Shown piece after piece: positions 1 to 8,977 of a DNA stretch of 64,000 nt; position 1 is the stretch's first letter; every line of letters starts with the position of its first letter. The notes under the pieces were generated by a model that saw only the letters and a list, made by a program, of their open reading frames with translations, searched no databases and had not been told where the DNA came from. The stretch comes from Candidatus Woesebacteria bacterium. GTDB lineage: Bacteria; Patescibacteriota; Microgenomatia; UBA1400; MFAQ01. A program made the position numbers and the translations under genes. The DNA is taken from positions 446,218-510,217 of the forward strand of contig DAOORK010000001.1 of the NCBI GenBank assembly GCA_035389185.1, read 5' to 3'.

Positions 1-40
1 ATTTTGACTAACCAGTGCATTGGTTATATCTTACCTTATA

Positions 41-64
41 CAAAAACCTCCCCGGGTGGGGAGG
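41..64 (-). terminator. intrinsic terminator (GC hairpin CCTCCCCGGGTGGGGAGG, U-run on - strand) after ORF 71..439
   Basis: perfect palindromic stem 47-64 centred on CCCGGG; A-run 41-46 on + gives U-run 3' of hairpin on - strand. Confidence 0.6.
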
Positions 65-70
65 AAGAAA

Positions 71-439
71 TTAGATATTGTTTATCATTAAGCAAGGGAC
101 ATAAATGACTTCTGTTTTTTTATTCCCTATGTCTATCAGCCATTGTTCAAGGACATCGGCAATCACTCTGATTTTTATGCAGTCAGTAAGCGACGGATCG
201 AAATAGACCATAATTGGCAAAAAGGTGTCCCTGCTATATGGTATTGAACCATCTTCGTGCCAGATGTCTTGGTTATGATGTATTTTCAGACTATAGTGGG
301 CACTACTGACACTGAAGTTACTTTCGTATTTCAATCCAGTCCTATCGCATATATTATTGATGAGTTCAAGCCTTTTAGTGTCGCCATCGCTGCTGATCGG
401 AATGCCGAGATTTTCCGGAAACTGAATCTTGAAATGCAT
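71..439 (-). CDS. hypothetical small acidic protein (122 aa), member of putative W/F-x-x-D-G small-protein family
   Basis: ORF with ATG preceded by AAGGAGG (revcomp of 445-451) at 5-nt spacing; own terminator downstream; no recognisable domain. Confidence 0.6.
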   Translation of the reverse strand: MHFKIQFPENLGIPISSDGDTKRLELINNICDRTGLKYESNFSVSSAHYSLKIHHNQDIWHEDGSIPYSRDTFLPIMVYFDPSLTDCIKIRVIADVLEQWLIDIGNKKTEVIYVPCLMINNI

Positions 440-478
440 TTATCCTCCTTGGAAAAGTGCGAATGGGCACATTATACC

Positions 479-506
479 AAAAACCCCGGAGCACCAGGGT
501 TTTGGG
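479..506 (-). terminator. possible terminator-like hairpin after rpsI (AAAACCC...GGGTTTT)
   Basis: imperfect inverted repeat ccaaaaacccc / gggttttggg between rpsI stop and next gene start. Confidence 0.3.
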
Positions 507-525
507 AAAGTATTGGTAATACTAA

Positions 526-1005
526 TTAACGTTTCGGAGACTGTTTCTTGGCACGAGCACGACCACCTTGACCGGCTTTTCTGGTTTCTTTCATACGAGA
601 GTCACGGGTTAGGAAACCACCATCACGCATGAGTTTCTTAAACTTGTCAGGATCAGCTTTGGTAAGAGCACGGCCGATACCATGGACAATAGCATTGGCT
701 TGAGCCACGGTGCCGCTACCTTCAACTTTGATACTTCCGGTGTATTGATTAAGAACATCACCGACGACAAAAGGAGCGTGAATCATTTTTTTGAGAGTAT
801 CACCTTTGAAATAAGTAGAAAGAGGTTTGCCATTAACGATTAACTCCGCTTTGCCTGGCCAAAGACGAACACGAGCGATAGCTGTTTTGCGGCGACCAAC
901 AGCGGAGAAATACTCCTTGGGCATGGCGAGAACTCCTTTTTTGACAGGAGTGGTCTTGACTGGTTTGACAGCAACTTTGGATTTTTTTGTTAGTTTTTGA
1001 GCCAT
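526..1005 (-). CDS. rpsI: 30S ribosomal protein S9 (uS9) with Lys-rich N-terminal extension
   Basis: motifs GRRKTAIARV, C-terminal GGRARAKKQSPKR typical of S9; 2 nt after rplM stop; alternative internal start at 924 (MPKEYF) possible. Confidence 0.9.
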   Translation of the reverse strand: MAQKLTKKSKVAVKPVKTTPVKKGVLAMPKEYFSAVGRRKTAIARVRLWPGKAELIVNGKPLSTYFKGDTLKKMIHAPFVVGDVLNQYTGSIKVEGSGTVAQANAIVHGIGRALTKADPDKFKKLMRDGGFLTRDSRMKETRKAGQGGRARAKKQSPKR

Positions 1006-1007
1006 AT

Positions 1008-1442
1008 TTATTTATCAGTTTTTTTGTTAAGACCTAGTTCAGTGGCGTAATTGTGTTTGTCATCGACAAACAATTTCAAACGTCTGAGCCTCCCCTGTTG
1101 ATGTTTATCTTTGGGAAGCATGCCTTTGACAGCTTTTTCGATCACTTTACGAGGATCCTTGGCCATCATCTGAGCGAGTGTAATTTCTTTAAGACCACCT
1201 GGATATCCAGAGTGTGAGTAATATATCTTGTCAGTCATTTTTTTGCCAGTGACCGTAATTTTGGCAGCATTGATAGCAACAACGTAATCTCCTTGATCAA
1301 GATGACCGGCGGTGAGGGCTTTACTCTTGCCCATTAATCGTTTGGCGATCTCCACTGCGGCACGGCCAAGAACTTGACCATCAAGATCAACGAGATGCCA
1401 GGCACGCTTAATATCGGTTGGTTTGAGTGTAGTGGTTTTCAT
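1008..1442 (-). CDS. rplM: 50S ribosomal protein L13 (uL13)
   Basis: WHLVDLDGQVLGRAA...SGYPGG; canonical rplM-rpsI pair. Confidence 0.93.
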   Translation of the reverse strand: MKTTTLKPTDIKRAWHLVDLDGQVLGRAAVEIAKRLMGKSKALTAGHLDQGDYVVAINAAKITVTGKKMTDKIYYSHSGYPGGLKEITLAQMMAKDPRKVIEKAVKGMLPKDKHQQGRLRRLKLFVDDKHNYATELGLNKKTDK

Positions 1443-1447
1443 AAGGG

Positions 1448-1867
1448 TTATTCAGTTTTCTTCTCTTTTTTAACTTCCTTTTTGACTTTTTTCTCTGCAA
1501 CCGGAGCTTGAGCAATTAGAGTGAGAGTGGCTAAAGAAACGGCATCACCTCTCTGGACAGAAACTTTTTGAATGGTGGTGAAACCACTTTTGCGTTCTCC
1601 CATAACAGGGATAATAGCATCAATAAGTCTGTTGGCTGTTTTGGGGGATCCGAGGGTAGCAGCAACGTTGCGACGGGAAGAGAGAGTTCCTTCGGTAGCC
1701 TTAGCGGCAAGCTTGTCAAACAAACGTTTGAGTATCTTGGCCTTGGTAACCGTGGTGGTTATTTTGCCATTCTCAATCAAGGCTTTAAGCTGAACTCTAA
1801 ATAGGGATTTTCTGGAGTTAGAGTCGCGATTGAGTTTGGGTATTTTTGATTGATGTCTGCGTCCCAT
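1448..1867 (-). CDS. rplQ: 50S ribosomal protein L17 (bL17) with Lys/Glu-rich C-terminal tail
   Basis: follows rpoA as in alpha operon; L17-like core (RRNVAATLGSPKTANRL), KKEVKKEKK tail. Confidence 0.88.
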   Translation of the reverse strand: MGRRHQSKIPKLNRDSNSRKSLFRVQLKALIENGKITTTVTKAKILKRLFDKLAAKATEGTLSSRRNVAATLGSPKTANRLIDAIIPVMGERKSGFTTIQKVSVQRGDAVSLATLTLIAQAPVAEKKVKKEVKKEKKTE

Positions 1868-1869
1868 AT

Positions 1870-2772
1870 TTATTCGATGTTAACGCCTTTTTCTTTGGCT
1901 TTCTCGACGACCTGCTGAGCAGATTTTTCACCGAGATTTTTGACCTTTTGGAGATCGGCAAAAGAGAGGGCTTTGAGATCTGATAATTTGTTGATGTTGG
2001 CTTTTTTGAGAGCGTTGAGCACACGAGTAGGAAGGTCAAGATCATCTACGAAACCGGCAGTTTCGATAACTGACTTGGATTTGACTTCCTTAATGTAAGC
2101 TTGCTCAGAGTTGACGTAGTCAAAGAAACCGGTAGCAATACGAGCGGCACTCTTGACTGCTTCTTCTGGAGTAACAGTACCGTTGGTGGTTAGAGCTAAA
2201 CGGACTTTGTCAAAGTTTGAAGAACGTCCGACACGTGCGGCTTCGACAATGTAGTTGGCTTTGATTACCGGAGAGAAAGAAGCGTCGAGCGGAATGACAC
2301 CGATTTCGTCGGTAGCATTGTCTTCAGCGGCAACATAACCCATTCCGTTGGCGACTGTGATCACGGCTGAAAGTTTGGCTTTGGCCGAAGTAAGGTGGCA
2401 AAGAACAACTTTGGGGTTGGCAATAGTGACGTTGGCAGGAAGTTCGATATCACTGGCTTTGACTTCAGTAATACCTGAGGCCTTAAGTTTAAGTTCAACT
2501 GGCTCTTCGGAATCAATGGAGAAGTTTAGAGTCTTAAGACTTAGAATGAGCTCTAAAATATCTTCTTTCATTCCGGCAAGAGTGGAGAATTGATGAGAAA
2601 CACCATCAATCTTGACACGAACGGCGGCGCCACCTTCGAGAGAGGTTAAAAGGACACGACGAAGAGAGTTACCAAGAGTGTGACCAAAATTTTGAGGAAG
2701 TGGTTCAATAATAACTTCGGCGGAGTTAACAGCGATATCTTTAACGGTGACTTTGAAATTGGGTTCTAACAT
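1870..2772 (-). CDS. rpoA: DNA-directed RNA polymerase subunit alpha (300 aa)
   Basis: N-terminal GHTLGNSLRRVLLTSLEG motif; C-terminal alphaCTD; position between rpsD and rplQ. Confidence 0.95.
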   Translation of the reverse strand: MLEPNFKVTVKDIAVNSAEVIIEPLPQNFGHTLGNSLRRVLLTSLEGGAAVRVKIDGVSHQFSTLAGMKEDILELILSLKTLNFSIDSEEPVELKLKASGITEVKASDIELPANVTIANPKVVLCHLTSAKAKLSAVITVANGMGYVAAEDNATDEIGVIPLDASFSPVIKANYIVEAARVGRSSNFDKVRLALTTNGTVTPEEAVKSAARIATGFFDYVNSEQAYIKEVKSKSVIETAGFVDDLDLPTRVLNALKKANINKLSDLKALSFADLQKVKNLGEKSAQQVVEKAKEKGVNIE

Positions 2773-2798
2773 TTTCTTTTGTACTAATTGCTAATTAA

Positions 2799-3422
2799 TT
2801 ACCTTGAGTAATACTCAATAATAAGATTTTCTTTAATATCACTGCCGATTTCGTCGCGAGTGGGAAGACGGTCAATTTTGCCTTCTGCACCTTTGCGAGA
2901 CAACCACTTGGCTGGAACACTTTTTTCGGTAAGGTTTGGAGAGACAAAGGTAAATTTGGTGGCTCTGTCGGTGAGTTTGATGGTTTGACCAGGTTTGGTT
3001 ATGTAAGAGGCAATGTCAATTTTTTTACCATTAACCAAGACATTTCCATGGGTGACAAGCTGACGAGCAAGAGAACGACTGGTAACGAGATTTAAACGGA
3101 AAACAGTATTGTCAAGACGAGACTCAAGAAGCTGCATCAGTACTTCACCAGTATTTTGAGCAGACTTAATAGCCGTTTCGTAGTATTTGTGGAATTGACT
3201 TTCGAGGACACCGTAGGTACGCTTGGCCTTCTGTTTTTCACGAAGCTGGATACCATAACCGGAAATACGGCCGTGAGTTCTTTTTTTGCCGTGTTGACCA
3301 GGAATCTGAGCACCTTTTTTCTCAATTGGACACTTAGAAGAGAAACAACGTTCTCCTTTTAAATAAAGCTTGACGCCTTCGCGGCGACAGAGTCTGCATT
3401 TTGGGTCGATGTATTTTGCCAT
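2799..3422 (-). CDS. rpsD: 30S ribosomal protein S4 (uS4)
   Basis: MAKYIDPKCRLCRREG...zinc-binding N-terminus, S4 domain; alpha operon order. Confidence 0.95.
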   Translation of the reverse strand: MAKYIDPKCRLCRREGVKLYLKGERCFSSKCPIEKKGAQIPGQHGKKRTHGRISGYGIQLREKQKAKRTYGVLESQFHKYYETAIKSAQNTGEVLMQLLESRLDNTVFRLNLVTSRSLARQLVTHGNVLVNGKKIDIASYITKPGQTIKLTDRATKFTFVSPNLTEKSVPAKWLSRKGAEGKIDRLPTRDEIGSDIKENLIIEYYSR

Positions 3423-3444
3423 ATATATATTTTCTTAGTGATTA

Positions 3445-3852
3445 TTAGACTCTTCTTGATTTTTTGGGACGACAACCGTTGTGAGGAATAGGTGTGGTGT
3501 CGGCCAACATATTAATTTCGATACCAGATGTCTTGAGAACACGAAGGGCGGCATCTTTGCCAGGACCGGGTCCTTTGAGGAAAACATCAACTGCTGTTAG
3601 ACCTAAGGATTTGGCTTTGCGGGTGCCTTCTTCGATGATGGTGGTTGCGGCGAAGGGAGTTGAACGTCTGGCACCTTTGAAACCGCAGGTTCCAGCTGAG
3701 CTCCAACAAATAACATCTCCGTTCATGTTGGTGAAAGAGACGTAGGTGGTGTTGAAAGTAGATTTGACGTACATTTTGCCTTGGCCACTTTTAAAGTGAA
3801 CCGTAGAGGCTTTTTTGGCTTTGGTGGTGACTTTTGTTTTTGTTTCTGGCAT
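3445..3852 (-). CDS. rpsK: 30S ribosomal protein S11 (uS11)
   Basis: GFKGARRSTPFAA...; operon position. Confidence 0.95.
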   Translation of the reverse strand: MPETKTKVTTKAKKASTVHFKSGQGKMYVKSTFNTTYVSFTNMNGDVICWSSAGTCGFKGARRSTPFAATTIIEEGTRKAKSLGLTAVDVFLKGPGPGKDAALRVLKTSGIEINMLADTTPIPHNGCRPKKSRRV

Positions 3853-3865
3853 GGTTATTTATGAA

Positions 3866-4264
3866 TTATTTCTTGGCGGCTTCAACCTTGGATGCGTCTT
3901 CTTTGGAGACGGCACCGATTGTCTTTCTCTTACCCTTGCGAGTACGAGCATTGGTGCGTGTTCTTTGACCATGAACGGGGAGCCCCATGGAATGACGAGA
4001 ACCACGATAGGCTTGAATTCTTTTTAATGTTTCAATGTTATTTCTGACAATTTGTCTCAGTTCACCTTCGGTAGGAAGAGTCTCAATGACAGATTGGATG
4101 CTTTTTAGTTCATCAGAAGTAAGATTTTTGGTTCGGATACTGGGATCAACCTTGGCTTGTTTGAGAATGTCTTTGGCGACCTTGTCTCCGATTCCAAAGA
4201 TATAGGTTAAAGCTATATCAATTCTTTTTTCGTTGGGGATGTCGATACCGGCTATTCTAGGCAT
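3866..4264 (-). CDS. rpsM: 30S ribosomal protein S13 (uS13)
   Basis: MPRIAGIDIPNEKRIDIALTYIFGIG N-terminus. Confidence 0.95.
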   Translation of the reverse strand: MPRIAGIDIPNEKRIDIALTYIFGIGDKVAKDILKQAKVDPSIRTKNLTSDELKSIQSVIETLPTEGELRQIVRNNIETLKRIQAYRGSRHSMGLPVHGQRTRTNARTRKGKRKTIGAVSKEDASKVEAAKK

Positions 4265-4278
4265 ATTATTTTTTACTA

Positions 4279-4392
4279 TTTATCCTTGACGCTGTTTGTG
4301 GCGGGGGTTGATACAAATAACCAACACCTTACCATGGCGTTTAATAATTTTGCAGTTTTTGCATCTAGGTCTTACAGACGATTGGACACGCA
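4279..4392 (-). CDS. rpmJ: 50S ribosomal protein L36 (bL36), 37 aa, not in ORF track (too short)
   Basis: hand translation of - strand: [38 protein letters not shown]-x2-C...C-x4-H zinc ribbon of L36; located between infA and rpsM as expected. Confidence 0.85.
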
Positions 4393-4456
4393 TGCGCGTT
4401 AAATTTTAGTTAATTAATGTTTTTGTATTATAAAGCAAACGGAAGAAGAAATGAGA

Positions 4457-4675
4457 TCAACCTTGCCGGTAAGTGATTCTGCCTTTGTCGGTGTCGTAGG
4501 GGCTCATTTCGAGCTTAACCTTGTCGCCGGGCATAACACGGATGCGATATAACCGCATCTTACCTGCAAGATGAGCCAAGATTTCTCTGCCGTCTTCGAG
4601 AGTCACCCGAAATTGTGTATTGGGTAAAGCCTCGGAAACGACTCCGTTTACCTCAGTCATCTGGTTTTTAGCCAT
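4457..4675 (-). CDS. infA: translation initiation factor IF-1
   Basis: 72 aa S1-like OB fold; [24 protein letters not shown]. Confidence 0.95.
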   Translation of the reverse strand: MAKNQMTEVNGVVSEALPNTQFRVTLEDGREILAHLAGKMRLYRIRVMPGDKVKLEMSPYDTDKGRITYRQG

Positions 4676-4680
4676 ATTTA

Positions 4681-4715
4681 GTTGTACGAGCGTTATTGTA
4701 CCAAAGATAGGTGCA
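4681..4715 (-). promoter_or_regulatory. possible extended -10 promoter (TGgTACAAT) for infA downstream of the inserted-cassette terminator
   Basis: - strand reads ...cttTGGTACAATaacgctcgtacaactaaatATG; weak -35; required because terminator at 4773-4799 isolates infA from map. Confidence 0.3.
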
Positions 4716-4772
4716 TTTTGCTAGTGCCTAGACACTGGTACAACTCGTAAAGATGATTTTACTATATAAAGC

Positions 4773-4799
4773 ACAAAAAAGCCTGACAATTAGTCAGGC
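4773..4799 (-). terminator. intrinsic terminator (GCCTGAC-AATT-AGTCAGGC + U-run on - strand) after ORF 4818..5201
   Basis: 7-bp perfect stem 4781-4799, A-run 4775-4780 on + strand. Confidence 0.7.
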
Positions 4800-4817
4800 T
4801 TTCAACTTTAAATTTTT

Positions 4818-5201
4818 TTAGAGCTTCATGATCTCATCGGTGAGCTTGTCAACTGCTTCATCGAACTGTTCTAAAAACGTCGTAAGGGCGTCAAGAATCT
4901 GTTCGAGTGAATAAATAACAATATCCCGATCTCTTTTACTACTTGGCGAAAGAAGATTTAGATAAGAGAGTGGCTCGTCGATGGCGTAGACCAGATTTAT
5001 CGTCTGGACTTCTGGATCGACAACCAAGATGTATGGATCGTCATCTTCAACTGACCAAAATAACTTGCCATCTTTTATCGAGATCAATTTGGAAGATAAA
5101 ACAAACATATTAAAAAATGGATGTTTGATAAGCTCTTTATACTTATCAAAAACTTCGTCAGGGAATCTTTCTGTTTCGGCTGGAATAGTTTTGGAATCCA
5201 C
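4818..5201 (-). CDS. hypothetical small acidic protein (127 aa) inserted between map and infA
   Basis: GTG start preceded by AGGAGG (revcomp 5207-5212) at 5 nt; own terminator; no recognisable domain; contains KLFWSVEDDDPY motif. Confidence 0.6.
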   Translation of the reverse strand: MDSKTIPAETERFPDEVFDKYKELIKHPFFNMFVLSSKLISIKDGKLFWSVEDDDPYILVVDPEVQTINLVYAIDEPLSYLNLLSPSSKRDRDIVIYSLEQILDALTTFLEQFDEAVDKLTDEIMKL

Positions 5202-5298
5202 GCTCTCCTCCTGTAGGAAGCAAAAATTAAATTGTCAATTGATGAGGTATGTTAGCACGAATATGCCTAAATGTCAAGTTATGGGATATATTTTGTGC

Positions 5299-6033
5299 CT
5301 AGTTTATGGCGGTGAGGATGATGGGGCCGTTCTGGGTGATATAGACGGTTTCTTCGAAATAGCCTGTTAAGGAGCCGTCTTGAGTGGAGATGGTCCAACC
5401 GTCTGGGTCTTCAACTAAGTGCCAGTCGCCCATGGCATACATGGTTTCAATGGCTATCGTCTGATCTACGGAAAGGATGTCTTTTTTATTTTGTTTGTCG
5501 GCAAAGCAGGGAATCCAAGGATCCATGTGGAGTTTGCGGCCGATACCATGGCCTGTGAGGTCACGAATTGAGCTAAAACCGGCCCCTTCGACCGTTTGCT
5601 GCATAGCCTGACTGATATCGTAAACCGTGTTCCCTGGCAAAGCTACAGCAATAGCAGCATTTTCCGCCTTCCTACCGACATCAAGGAAACCGGTTATTCT
5701 TGGATCAAGGGGGGGAATCTGAACGGTGATGGCAGTGTCAACATGATAGCCGTGATGAAAAAGTCCTAGATCAATTTTAACCACGTCTCCAGCTTTGAAG
5801 GGAGTCTTGTTGGGGATGCCGTGAACCATACCATCGTTAATGTTGATACAGGTGGCGTGATGATAGCCGGCCTCCATTTTGAAGGATGCTTTGTCTCCTC
5901 CTTCTTTGATTAGCCTATCGGCTAAAAATTCAATTTCCAGAGGAGTGACTCCAGCCTTAAGGGCGGCAACAAGTTGGCCTTTGATCCAGCCTAAACGGGC
6001 ACCACCTTCGGTCATGGCTTGAAGTTTTGTCAT
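5299..6033 (-). CDS. map: methionine aminopeptidase type I
   Basis: pita-bread fold motifs (GDVVKIDLG, metal-binding His/Asp/Glu pattern); 4-nt overlap with adk as in spc/alpha cluster. Confidence 0.93.
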   Translation of the reverse strand: MTKLQAMTEGGARLGWIKGQLVAALKAGVTPLEIEFLADRLIKEGGDKASFKMEAGYHHATCININDGMVHGIPNKTPFKAGDVVKIDLGLFHHGYHVDTAITVQIPPLDPRITGFLDVGRKAENAAIAVALPGNTVYDISQAMQQTVEGAGFSSIRDLTGHGIGRKLHMDPWIPCFADKQNKKDILSVDQTIAIETMYAMGDWHLVEDPDGWTISTQDGSLTGYFEETVYITQNGPIILTAIN

Positions 6034-6602
6034 ACAGCGTATTTTACGCCTGAATCGAGCTTATTGCAGATTTCCTTGAAAATTGTGTCGATATCAGGAG
6101 TGCCATCAATAACAAGGAGTTTCCCTTCCTGACGATATCTTTCCACGACAGGAAGAGTTTCTCTTTCGTAGATACTGAGTCTTTCGGTAATGGCTTCCGG
6201 TGTGTCATCGGTACGGTGTTCAATTTTAGCTCTTTTTGAAAGTCTTTCAAAACTAATTTCTCGGGGAATTTCCAAAAGAATAACCTTGTCGATATTGATT
6301 TTGTTTTGCGAAAGAAACCAGTCGAGGTATTCGGATTGACGAAGATCTCTAGGTGTACCATCGAGGATAAAACCTTTTGACGATTTAAGTTTGGGTTCGA
6401 GGACTTCAAAAATGGTATCAAACGGTACTAAGGCTCCAGACTCGAGTATTTTGGCGATGATTTTGCCTTTTTTACTGCCGCTTTTGGTTTCGGCTCGGAG
6501 AAGGTCGCCGGCAGAGATATGAATTAGACCATATTTTTCTGCAATCAGTTTGGCTTGAGTACCCTTGCCGGACCCTTGAGGACCAAGAATAATTAAATTC
6601 AT
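6030..6602 (-). CDS. adk: adenylate kinase
   Basis: P-loop GPQGSGKGTQA; position secY-adk-map. Confidence 0.93.
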   Translation of the reverse strand: MNLIILGPQGSGKGTQAKLIAEKYGLIHISAGDLLRAETKSGSKKGKIIAKILESGALVPFDTIFEVLEPKLKSSKGFILDGTPRDLRQSEYLDWFLSQNKINIDKVILLEIPREISFERLSKRAKIEHRTDDTPEAITERLSIYERETLPVVERYRQEGKLLVIDGTPDIDTIFKEICNKLDSGVKYAV

Positions 6603-6604
6603 AG

Positions 6605-7888
6605 TTAATCCAAGAACTTATCGTAACTGTACATATAGAGCTGTGAGTTAACAGACTTGAGAATTTCGAGCACAACCGAGACAACAATGAGAATACTGGT
6701 ACCCCCCATTGAGAGAGAGGTGATACTAGTTGCCTTGGAGATAATCGAGGGGAAAATAGCCACGAGACCGAGGAAACCGGCACCAACTAAAGTAATCCTT
6801 TTGAGAACGAAATTTAAGTAGTCGACGGTGTTGGGCCCTGGACGGATACCGGGGATAAAAGAGCCTGAAGAACGAAGATCTTTGGCAATTTTTTCCGGGT
6901 TAAAAACCACGGCAGTATAAAAATAAGTAAAGGCAACAACCAGAAAGAAATAAATACCGTTGTAAACGGGACTGCCGGAAGCAAAAAGATTGTTGAGAGA
7001 GTTAGCAAAATTGACAACTCCCGGATTGTTAACATTTGCCAGTACCCGACTGAGAAGACTGGGAATGAGCATAAAAGAGACGGCAAAAATAATGGGGATG
7101 ACGCCTGCTTGGTTTAAGCGAAGAGGTAGTGACCCTCCCGAAACAGCACTGTAGGAGGCTTGGCCTCGACGAGCGGACTGGATCGGAATTTCTCTTGTGG
7201 CTTCACCAACACGGACAATGGCGTAAACGGCGGCTAAAGCAAAGATGAAGAAGATTAGATAGGAGAAAATCTTGGTTTGATCCATGGCGGTAAAGGTCTG
7301 AACTACATCGATTGGCAAACGGCAGACAATACCAACAAAGATGATCATGCTGATGCCATTTCCCAACCCGTAGTCGTTGAGCTGTTCTCCAAGCCAGATT
7401 AAAAGACAGGTACCGGCGGCAAGAGTAAAGATAATTGAAGCTAATTGAAGTGGGTCGGCCGTTGTTACCAGGTTTTCTTTGTTTAGAATAAAAACGATAG
7501 CGAAAGCCTGAAGGAAACACAAGGGAACGGTGAGAAGACGAGTGTATTGATTGATTTTTTGACGACCGTAGTCCCCTTCTTTTTGGAGGGCTTCCAGTTT
7601 GGGAATTACCATACCCAACATCTGAATAATAATGGAGGCATTGATGTATGGATTGAGACCGAGAGCCATAATGGAGAAGTTTCCCATGGTACCGCCGGAG
7701 AAAATATCGAGAAGGGAAAGAACTGCCGAGGAATCAAAAAGGTTTCTTAGGGCAACAAGATTGATTCCCGGAGCCGGGATATGAGCAATTAAACGAAAAA
7801 TGGCAATAATAATGGCCGTAAAAATCAGACGACGACGAAGGTCTTTGATTTTCAAAACTGCACGAAGGGGTGCTAATAAATTGTTCAT
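6605..7888 (-). CDS. secY: preprotein translocase subunit SecY (start trimmed to internal [14 protein letters not shown])
   Basis: 10 TM segments, SecY signature; ORF track start 7966 adds 26 non-SecY residues overlapping the terminator hairpin, so ATG at 7888 preferred. Confidence 0.92.
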   Translation of the reverse strand: MNNLLAPLRAVLKIKDLRRRLIFTAIIIAIFRLIAHIPAPGINLVALRNLFDSSAVLSLLDIFSGGTMGNFSIMALGLNPYINASIIIQMLGMVIPKLEALQKEGDYGRQKINQYTRLLTVPLCFLQAFAIVFILNKENLVTTADPLQLASIIFTLAAGTCLLIWLGEQLNDYGLGNGISMIIFVGIVCRLPIDVVQTFTAMDQTKIFSYLIFFIFALAAVYAIVRVGEATREIPIQSARRGQASYSAVSGGSLPLRLNQAGVIPIIFAVSFMLIPSLLSRVLANVNNPGVVNFANSLNNLFASGSPVYNGIYFFLVVAFTYFYTAVVFNPEKIAKDLRSSGSFIPGIRPGPNTVDYLNFVLKRITLVGAGFLGLVAIFPSIISKATSITSLSMGGTSILIVVSVVLEILKSVNSQLYMYSYDKFLD

Positions 7889-7955
7889 TGGTTTTATTTT
7901 AACAGTTTGCTTTGGATAGAATAGGCAAGAAAGGATTTTACAACAAATTGAGAAT

Positions 7956-7980
7956 AAAAAAACCACCCCGGGAGGGGTGG
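7956..7980 (-). terminator. intrinsic terminator (CCACCCCGGGAGGGGTGG + U-run on - strand) after ORF 7988..8479
   Basis: perfect palindrome 7963-7980; A7 run 7956-7962; near-identical to hairpin at 47-64. Confidence 0.7.
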
Positions 7981-7987
7981 TAAAAAC

Positions 7988-8479
7988 TTAATTGGAATCA
8001 ATGATACGGATGATATTTGATGCATTTTCACTGTCTATAATGACTGTCGGGGAAAGCTCTTCAATGTCGAGTGTGTGAAAATACTGGTTAAAAAATTCGT
8101 TTAATTTTGCTTTGGTTTCCTTGCTATCTTCTTCGAGTGGATCACGAAGGTGAGCTGTTAAGTACTCTTGTTCTTTTTTCTCAATTATTTCAGAAAAATC
8201 AGGGTTGGTAATACAGATTTTGTTTCCCAGGCGAAGGAGCAGTCGATTTCCGAGATTAAGAATTTTTTCCGATGACTCTGTGCTAAGGATATCTCCAATT
8301 TTCTTAAGCGCAGGATACAATTTTGAGGCAATATCGGCATTATTCTCCGAAAAATGAACAACATCTCCATCTGAATCGTATAGGTAGACTTGCGGAAACC
8401 AAGAGCTGACGTCTATTGCCGGTAAGATCTGAATAAAACCTTTTGATAAAGCAAAGCGAAACGCTTCTTTTTTCTCCAT
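7988..8479 (-). CDS. hypothetical acidic protein (163 aa), paralog of 8558..8935, inserted between rplO and secY
   Basis: ATG preceded by AAGGAG; shares SSWFPQVYLYDSDGD motif with neighbour (NWFPDVRLYDWQGN); own terminator. Confidence 0.65.
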   Translation of the reverse strand: MEKKEAFRFALSKGFIQILPAIDVSSWFPQVYLYDSDGDVVHFSENNADIASKLYPALKKIGDILSTESSEKILNLGNRLLLRLGNKICITNPDFSEIIEKKEQEYLTAHLRDPLEEDSKETKAKLNEFFNQYFHTLDIEELSPTVIIDSENASNIIRIIDSN

Positions 8480-8523
8480 GTTACTCTCCTTATGTTAAGT
8501 TACTTTTGAGGGGAATTATACAT

Positions 8524-8554
8524 TAAAAAAAGCTACCTCGGGTGGGGTGGTAAG
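8524..8554 (-). terminator. degenerate copy of the CCCGGG-type hairpin terminator after ORF 8558..8935
   Basis: A8 run 8524-8531 then CTACCTCGGGTGGGGTGGTAAG; matches element at 7963-7985 at about 20 of 23 positions. Confidence 0.45.
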
Positions 8555-8557
8555 AAC

Positions 8558-8935
8558 TCAAATTTTTTCGATGGCTTTGACGAGGGCTTCTGCTGCTTCG
8601 CTATCAATTGTGATAAGCGAGTTTTTTATGCGTTCTGATTTATTCGTTTCTTTTGGAAACAGGTAAAGAAAGCCTGCGATAACAGCAAAGGTGAGTTCGT
8701 CGAAGTCACTAGAAAAATCATCAATGTCACGATCGGTGTGATTTCGACTATCAAAAGAACCAAGAAAGGTTTCTTTTAGAACGTCATAAAGACGCAAAAC
8801 ATCAGATTTCACCATCCAAACGGTTTGATTTCCTTGCCAATCATAGAGGCGAACGTCCGGAAACCAGTTGTCTCTATCACCATGAGGCTCAGAAACAATG
8901 GCATAACCGTCAGTTAAAACGATCTTTTGTGCCAC
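8558..8935 (-). CDS. hypothetical acidic protein (125 aa), paralog of 7988..8479
   Basis: GTG start preceded by AAGGAGG (revcomp 8941-8947); WFP-x-V-x-LYD motif shared with neighbour. Confidence 0.65.
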   Translation of the reverse strand: MAQKIVLTDGYAIVSEPHGDRDNWFPDVRLYDWQGNQTVWMVKSDVLRLYDVLKETFLGSFDSRNHTDRDIDDFSSDFDELTFAVIAGFLYLFPKETNKSERIKNSLITIDSEAAEALVKAIEKI

Positions 8936-8977
8936 TTATCCTCCTTTATATTTTAAGTTGCTTTATGGGATTGTACC

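Noticed and set aside
6605-7966. Longer SecY start (ORF track 7966)
   Set aside because: Extra 26 residues are not SecY-like and overlap the 7963-7980 terminator hairpin; internal ATG at 7888 gives the canonical SecY N-terminus
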